This document shows, piece by piece, positions 57,157-64,000 of a stretch of DNA of 64,000 bases; the stretch's first letter is position 1, and every line of letters starts with the position of its first letter. Location: the NCBI RefSeq assembly GCF_009914755.1, contig NC_060932.1. One strand, 5' to 3'. The DNA comes from the human T2T-CHM13v2.0 reference genome, Homo sapiens. The notes below the pieces were generated by a model, which was given only the letters and a program-made list of their open reading frames with translations, did no database searches and had not been told where the DNA came from. A program made the translations under genes and the position numbers.

Positions 57157-57461
57157 TCTTTTTTCTTTTTTTTTTTTTTGAGACGGAGTCTCACTCTGTC
57201 ACCCAGGCTGGAGTGCAATGGCATGATCTCTGCTCACTGCAATGTCCATCTCCCGGTTCAAGCAATTCTTCTGCCTCAGCCTCCCAAGTAACTGGGATTA
57301 GAGGGACACGCCACCACGACCTACTAATTTTTGTATTTTTTTTAGTAGAGATGGGGTTTCACCATGTTGGCCAGGCTGGTCTAGAACTCCTGACCTCGTG
57401 ATTCGCCCACCTAGGCCTCCCAAAGTGTTGGGATTACAGGCGTGAGCCAACGCGCCCAGCC
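57157..57461 (-). mobile_element. AluS
   Basis: TSD caggcttttcttttttt. Confidence 0.92.
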
Positions 57462-59158
57462 CAGGCTTTTCTTTTTTTAAGAAATCTATATTTATTCATA
57501 GGTTATTTTATCCATGTCTATAGTTGCAAATAGCGTCTATGCCCAATAGCTCCGATATTTGTTTCTCTGGCGTTATCACCTGAACTCAAGTCCAGAGTCT
57601 AATGCTTTATTCAGTGTTTCTTCTTAAGTGTATTTTATTGGCACCTTAAATATAAATTCCCAACACTCTTGATTCTTCTCCCCAAAAACACCCCTCACAA
57701 AGTATAACACAGTGTTTCAGAATGTGGACTCTGTGGCCAATCAAAACAAATGAGTTAAAGTCTTGGTTTTGCCATTTACAGGTTGTTTGTCCTTGTAAAA
57801 GATTTTAAAATTATATGCAGTTTAGTTTCCTCCTTGCAATATGAAGATAAATGTTTTATTTATCTCATAAAGTTGTGAGAGTATCATACATGTAAAGTAC
57901 TAAAAACTGTGCCTATCCATAGTTTGTACTCCTAATATTTTCAAATTCACTACAGGGAAATTCCAACTGCCTAGTTGCTCAGGACAGAAACCTTGAGGTT
58001 ATCTTATATTTCTCACAAACCCCTTATCTGCCATGAAATTTTGTCAAATCTGTCTACTTTCTATATATTCAATATGTGTTCTCCACAACAACCACTTACA
58101 GACTTTATGGTCTTTCACTACAGATTAATGCAATAGCCTACTAGCTCATCATATGCTTTGATTCTTGCCCTTTGCATTTTTTTCCTCAAAACTCAATCAA
58201 TTATGTTTCCTAAAAAAGTGGCAATTTCATATTACTTCCATGTTTAAATTCACCTATAGTTACTCAATCATTCAGAGCAAAATCAGTGCGATGTATTCAC
58301 CAACTCCTCCGAGGTCATTCTCCTCATCAACCTCAACTCACTCTGCTCAAATAGGTGGACCTCTTACTGTCCCCTCCATCAAATAGTCTACTATTTCCTC
58401 TGCCTGGAAAACTATTCCTTAGTATGCATGCATGGTTCCCTTTCATTCATTTCACATGTCTATACAAAATTTATGCAAACGGATATTTCCAAGCACACTT
58501 TAAAAATACCGCTTCCTTACTACCCTTTATTCCCCTTACTGACATTTGTTTTACTTCAGAATATTTACCAACAACTGGAATGTTACTAATTTAATCATTC
58601 ATTAACTATCTTCTGCTAGTTCTTTTAAAGGAGTGCACTATTGAAACCACTTACTATAAATAATAAAGTTTAATTTTGTTATAATTTTGATTATTCTAAG
58701 TAGTATTAACAATGTTTAAAAAGATTATAATCACGATGGCCTATATTTTGATGGAAGACATTGTTAATAGGAATGTGATGAGTTTTAAGGTAATAAACTT
58801 GATGGTATCAAACTCTAGTCATTTGGATTATCACAAGAAAATGTTATTCACTCGAAGACCTCGAATAAATTTAGAATTTTTGAAAAAACTAACAGTGTTG
58901 GTATGACTTTTTGTGTGGTTGCATCCTGGCTGAACATCCCCTTCAGTTCCATCAACCTTAAATAATGAATTTATTATAAATTGCCAAGAATTCAAATGAT
59001 TACTATCTAAATACAAGGAACCATATAGAAAAAAACTGATAGAAATTTAATATTACTGAGAACCAGGCAATGCAAGATACATTTACCATGTGTGAACTGG
59101 TTTATAGAGTATACACTTTCTGGTAATGAAATTAACATTGTCATTAGAAAGTCAAATA

Positions 59159-59343
59159 CGGGAGGGATAGCATTAGGAGATATACCTAATGTAAATGACC
59201 AGTTAATGGGTGCAGCACACCGAAATGGTGCATGTATACATATGTAACAAACCGCACGTTGTGCACATGTACCCTAGAACTTAAAAGTATAATAAAAAAA
59301 AAGAAAGAGGGGAGAGAGAACGGTAAAAAAAAAAAAAAAGAAA
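59159..59343 (+). mobile_element. Very short L1PA 3' terminus
   Basis: gggagggatagcattaggagatatacctaatg...; TSD agaaagt(c/a)aaata. Confidence 0.9.
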
Positions 59344-60269
59344 AGAAAGTAAAATATCAAGCATAATTGCATCCGATTAGAGTACTTTTTTGCAGCTTGA
59401 ATCTTCATGGAGATTTGCTGGATGCTTTCATTCTCTATTCTCTCACTTTTTTTTTATAATGGAGCCTCTGGTTGTTAGTTGAATGCATGACTTCATTGTA
59501 CAATGTCTAAATTTCTCAGTTTTTAATAAATGAGTGAACATATATAGAAGTCAAATAATTGACCTAAGATGAGCCATAAGTTCAAGTTCTAGGAGGTAAT
59601 GAGATAGACATGTTTTTGTAAGCTCCTTTATCCAATTGGTCACTTTAAATTTGGTTAATTGTTGTAATTAAAACTTCCATTAGGGATATGAGATTATTTT
59701 GGGAATGGAAGCCACTGTGTAGAAATACAGTGTGAAATTATACTGTGAAACATCACACAATTAAAAGAATGGTAATTTCTCAAAATAAACTTTTCTTTGA
59801 TTGTAGCCATTATTCCTTTGTGTTTTCTGTAACTTGCAGCAAAATCTAAATACAGACTTAATCCCAATATAGATCTCAATCAAGATATTTCTTTATCAAC
59901 CACATTTCAACCATTCATTTTCTCACCACAAAATTACAAAGTATTTGCAAAAGAATGAAATGTTCTAGTAACAATACAACACAAAATAAAAGAATGGAGC
60001 ATCTTTTTCCTTAATCCATAATCAAAACATCAAAACATGTGTCTAATATTTTGTATTTTAAAAAAAGTACGATTCGCTAGGAAGAATATTAATATAACCT
60101 ATATTTAAATATAATTTTGAAGGAATTACTACAGGCATCTTAATTACTAACTAAAAACAGAAAAATAACACCTCAACACATTCTCTCACTTTCTGTTGTA
60201 CATGATGGAAGGAATCAATTTGAAAAAATGAAAAACAAAGAAAGACAAAACTAAACACAATTATTAAAT

Positions 60270-61740
60270 AAGTCTCATGAAATTCAAAAGATAGACATCT
60301 AGAAAGTATATTTTTGGACCACAGCAGATATTAAATCAGATAACAAAAAGATACTTAGGAAATCCACAAATATTTGAAAATCAACTAACCTACATCTAAA
60401 ATAGCTAGACAAAGAAGAAATCACAAAAAATTGAAAATATTTCAACTAACTGGAAATGAAACACAAAGTATCAAAAACGTGTGGTGTGTAATTGAAGGTC
60501 AAGTTCTAGGAACTTGTGATTAGAGAGAAATGCACAGCTTTAAAGGGTTTACACAAAAAGAAGGGAGGTTATTTGAATTTTTACATTAAAAATCTAGAAA
60601 AAAGATGAATAAACTTACCACAAACTAAGTAGAAATAAAGGAAAACAAAGTAGATAGGCCATGGGAAAGAGTCAATGTAATTAAAATATGATTCTTTAAA
60701 AAAATTAATTAATTTGATAAAATCTAAGTTAGAGTGATTATAAAAAGAAACTCAAATGATCAGTACCAGAGATAAAAGAGGGCATATCACAAATTATCCC
60801 ATTGACTTTTAGGGGAAAATAAATGAAAGCTATAAAAGATTTTATGAAAAATTAATCAATTTTGAGGAAACAAAATATTTATTAGAAAAGGAAAAATAAC
60901 CAAAATCTAAATATCTCAAAAATGACCAATTAAACACCTTTCCAAAAAGAGTTATCCAGTTCCGGACAGCTTCACTGATAAATGCTATCAAACAATTTAG
61001 AAAGAAATAGTATCAATAGTACAAAATCTCTTTTAGAAAGTTATATGAAGCCCGTGTAACTGTGATACTAAAACCAGTCAAAGGAATTGCAAGAGAATTA
61101 CTACTAAAGATCTGTATCACTCATTAATATACAGGCAAATATACTTTGCCAATATTAGGGGAAAAAATCCAGCTACAAAAAGGATTAATACATTAAAAGG
61201 ATAATTCCTCATTCCTTGATGCAGTTTATCCCAGAAAAGCAAGATTATTTAAACAATTAAACATGAATAAAATGTATTTCAATGTATCAACAGAATAAAG
61301 TAGAAGAAACACATGAGCATCTCAATATTTGATAAAATATATTCATAATGAAAACTCTGATAAATGAGGGTTACAAAGCTTTCTCAATCTGATTAAAAGT
61401 CTCTCTGTAAAACCTTCAGTTAATGTATTTATTGGTGAAAAGTTACAAGTCTTGCTCATAAATCAGAGTGAAACAAAGACAGCCACACATCAAACTTTTG
61501 TTTTAAATAGTACTCGAGGCCCTAAGCACTGCGATAAGGCAAGATATAGATGTTTTAAAAATATAAAGATCAAAAAGGAAGATGTATTTATAATATATAA
61601 TTACATGTGAATACAATTCTCATGAGACTAAATTAGAAGTTCCAGAATAGAATATGTTAGTGTAGCAAAGCTGCAGGATACAAGCTCAATAAAAATTAAT
61701 CAATACCATTTCTATATACTTGTCACAAACAATTGCAAAT
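60270..61740 (+). mobile_element. Old L1M ORF2 remnant
   Basis: Highly decayed but collinear ORF2 motifs (ccagttccggacagcttcactgataaat). Confidence 0.65.
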
Positions 61741-64000
61741 TTCATAGTCTCATAAACATGGTGCAATTAGAAAAACAATAAGAAACCTATTTCCAAAGGA
61801 AAAATAAAAAACAAAACTAAGGAACAGGTCCCAACCATGATGGGAATAACTTATCAGGCAACCTAACAAAATTACCTGTTTCAAAATTGAACAGAGAATA
61901 CTTTGACATTATCCAAGAGGATGTGGAGGGCCCAAAGAACTTCTTATATTTGTGATTTTCTTATCCTTCCTATCTTTTCTTTACCATTACAACTATTGTA
62001 ATCATTATAATCAACATTGTAAACAGCTATATTGTGGTTGAGATAAATAAAAGTTTAATGAATAATGCTCAACATTATTAATACAAACTATATAAATGTC
62101 ATCTGTCTTTGTTTAGATTGGCCAGGAGAAAATACTCTAAAGCATGAACTTGATTGTAGGAATTTTATGTGGGTGGTGATTCTAGGAAGCAGGAATAAGG
62201 GTGTAAGGATGAAGAAAGAGAAGGGGAGGAAAGGTCGATATCAGCATGTATTATTGAGATGGCAATAATGACTTCTTTCTGCGGGGCCCACAGGAAAATG
62301 TACAGAATATCTTACAGAATTTTCCCTAGTTGGTCAGGAATCTGGTGTTTCACTAAAGTGGCTGAAGTTTGCTCCTAGAGAAGGAGTGCGTACATTTCAT
62401 TTTAAGACTTTTTTTTAGAGTGTCCTAGGAAAAAGGCTGGTTGACATTCATAGATGTCAAAGACCTGGTCCTTGAGTGCTTCTTTTGAAGTAAACGCTGT
62501 TCTGGTGGAACTTGAAAATAAACATCTGAATGTGTTGTGCCCATTCTAAATAAATCCACATACTTCTTCCCTACACTTTCTTGTCTTTAAATGTCCAGTT
62601 TTATAGCATCTAGATCGTTCACCAAGTATCCAAGCTATTTGCCACAGCATAGGAATCTGTGTAGATTCCAATCTCTGGCACTTCTCTCATACAAGGTGGA
62701 AAACCCGATATATTGTTTACAAATATGTGCATGGGGCATGGGGACATTTACCATCCCCACAGTCTTTAGGTCTAAATCTAATAGGACTCTATATGAAACT
62801 GACTTTTAAAAAATACTTCAACTAACATATTAAAATTGGACTGAGGTTTGTTTTTCTCCATCAACCAGTTTTAGAAAATCCCTACAAGGATATTAGTGTA
62901 TGGTGACTGAGAAATATTGGTGCAATAGATGTAGGTGACATGAAGATCTGGGATCCCTATTCCCTTATTTACTTGTACTCTCTGGACCTTCTCTAGCTTG
63001 CTCCCAGATTTACCATTTTGGTCATCAGATAGATTGATATGCTCACTTGATCTTATACATATATTTTTGTGGCTCTAAAACACCTCTTTTATGATGAAAA
63101 CAGTAAACTTCAATAACATAGCAACTTACTATTTCCTAGATGCATGCTCAAGGCTGCAAGAGCCCAATAGCCCATTGGAAGCTATAGCAGAACTACAGGT
63201 CTGCACTGCAAATCTCCTACTGATACTTGCCAGAGATTCCACATGTATGTAATCTACCAGGAATATCCTTAGTAACATTGTATTTAAATAATCACAAGAA
63301 CCAAAGACAAGCCGTCTTGCACCACAGCCTGGACCTGCTGCAGTGCACTTTTCACATTATCTTTTGCCAGAGGTGCCCTTGTTGCTATCAGATCATGTAT
63401 TGATGTAGGCCCACAATCCTTTCATAAAGGTTTGTTTTCTAAAGCCACTCTGGGGTAACTATTTTAGGACAGGTCCCCCATCCCTGCCACCCCAAAAATC
63501 AGAGCCTGAGACAAGAACTTAAGCACAAATATTTTAGGGAGCAGCAGTGCGGGAATGGAGACAGTGAGATGTTTCCTGCTGCAGGCAATGAGGCTTGATT
63601 CTCTAACACATCTGAGAAACAAAGAATGCCTCCAAGAATATCCATCAGAAAGATAAAAGGCTGGCTCCAGTTACTGCCTGGTTTCCTTAAATCCCCTGGC
63701 TATTTGATCGTATTTCTACAAACATTCATAATGTACTATAAGAATAATGTTGATATCAGCAAAAAAAATTCACTAGATCGTTGAGGCCTGATTAGAATAC
63801 TGCAAACGACTTTCTCTCATGACAAAGAAAAAGCTGAATGGCAGCATCTCTGAAATCAACAGATGCTGAGACTTCAGGCTGAACCAAGGCAAGTTGAAGG
63901 AGACTCATGCAGACAAGTTCATACTAATAAATACTTTTTGTGTAGTGATCTCAAGCTTGCATTTGGCTTATCAAATTATGCATCAAATTGTAAAATTATA

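Noticed and set aside
56791-64000. Further upstream ADAM2 exon
   Set aside because: No sequence encoding the expected preceding metalloprotease-like segment was found; the intron appears to run past the window end.

Overview
Human-like (primate) genomic DNA that I recognise as the 8p11 sperm-ADAM cluster. It holds the last two exons of ADAM18 (+ strand; transmembrane exon 10943-11102, stop exon from 17096, AATAAA at 17241). It also holds the last ten exons of ADAM2/fertilin beta (- strand, 56790 down to about 30940), arranged tail-to-tail with ADAM18. All exons were spliced by hand with GT-AG sites and consistent phases; exon numbers are recalled, not checked. The rest is mostly L1, Alu, MaLR/ERV LTRs, L2/MIR and small DNA transposons, and nearly all other ORFs in the track are repeat noise. 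Best unexpected observation: about 220 bp past the ADAM18 polyA signal begins a decayed, intron-containing ADAM3/cyritestin-like gene start (signal-peptide exon 1, prodomain exon 2, probable exon 3) that then disappears. Second: an L1 insertion appears to have duplicated the ADAM2 3'-UTR splice donor, creating a possible NMD-switch isoform. I see no evidence of a wholly new biological system. Repeat subfamily names and boundaries are by eye and approximate.
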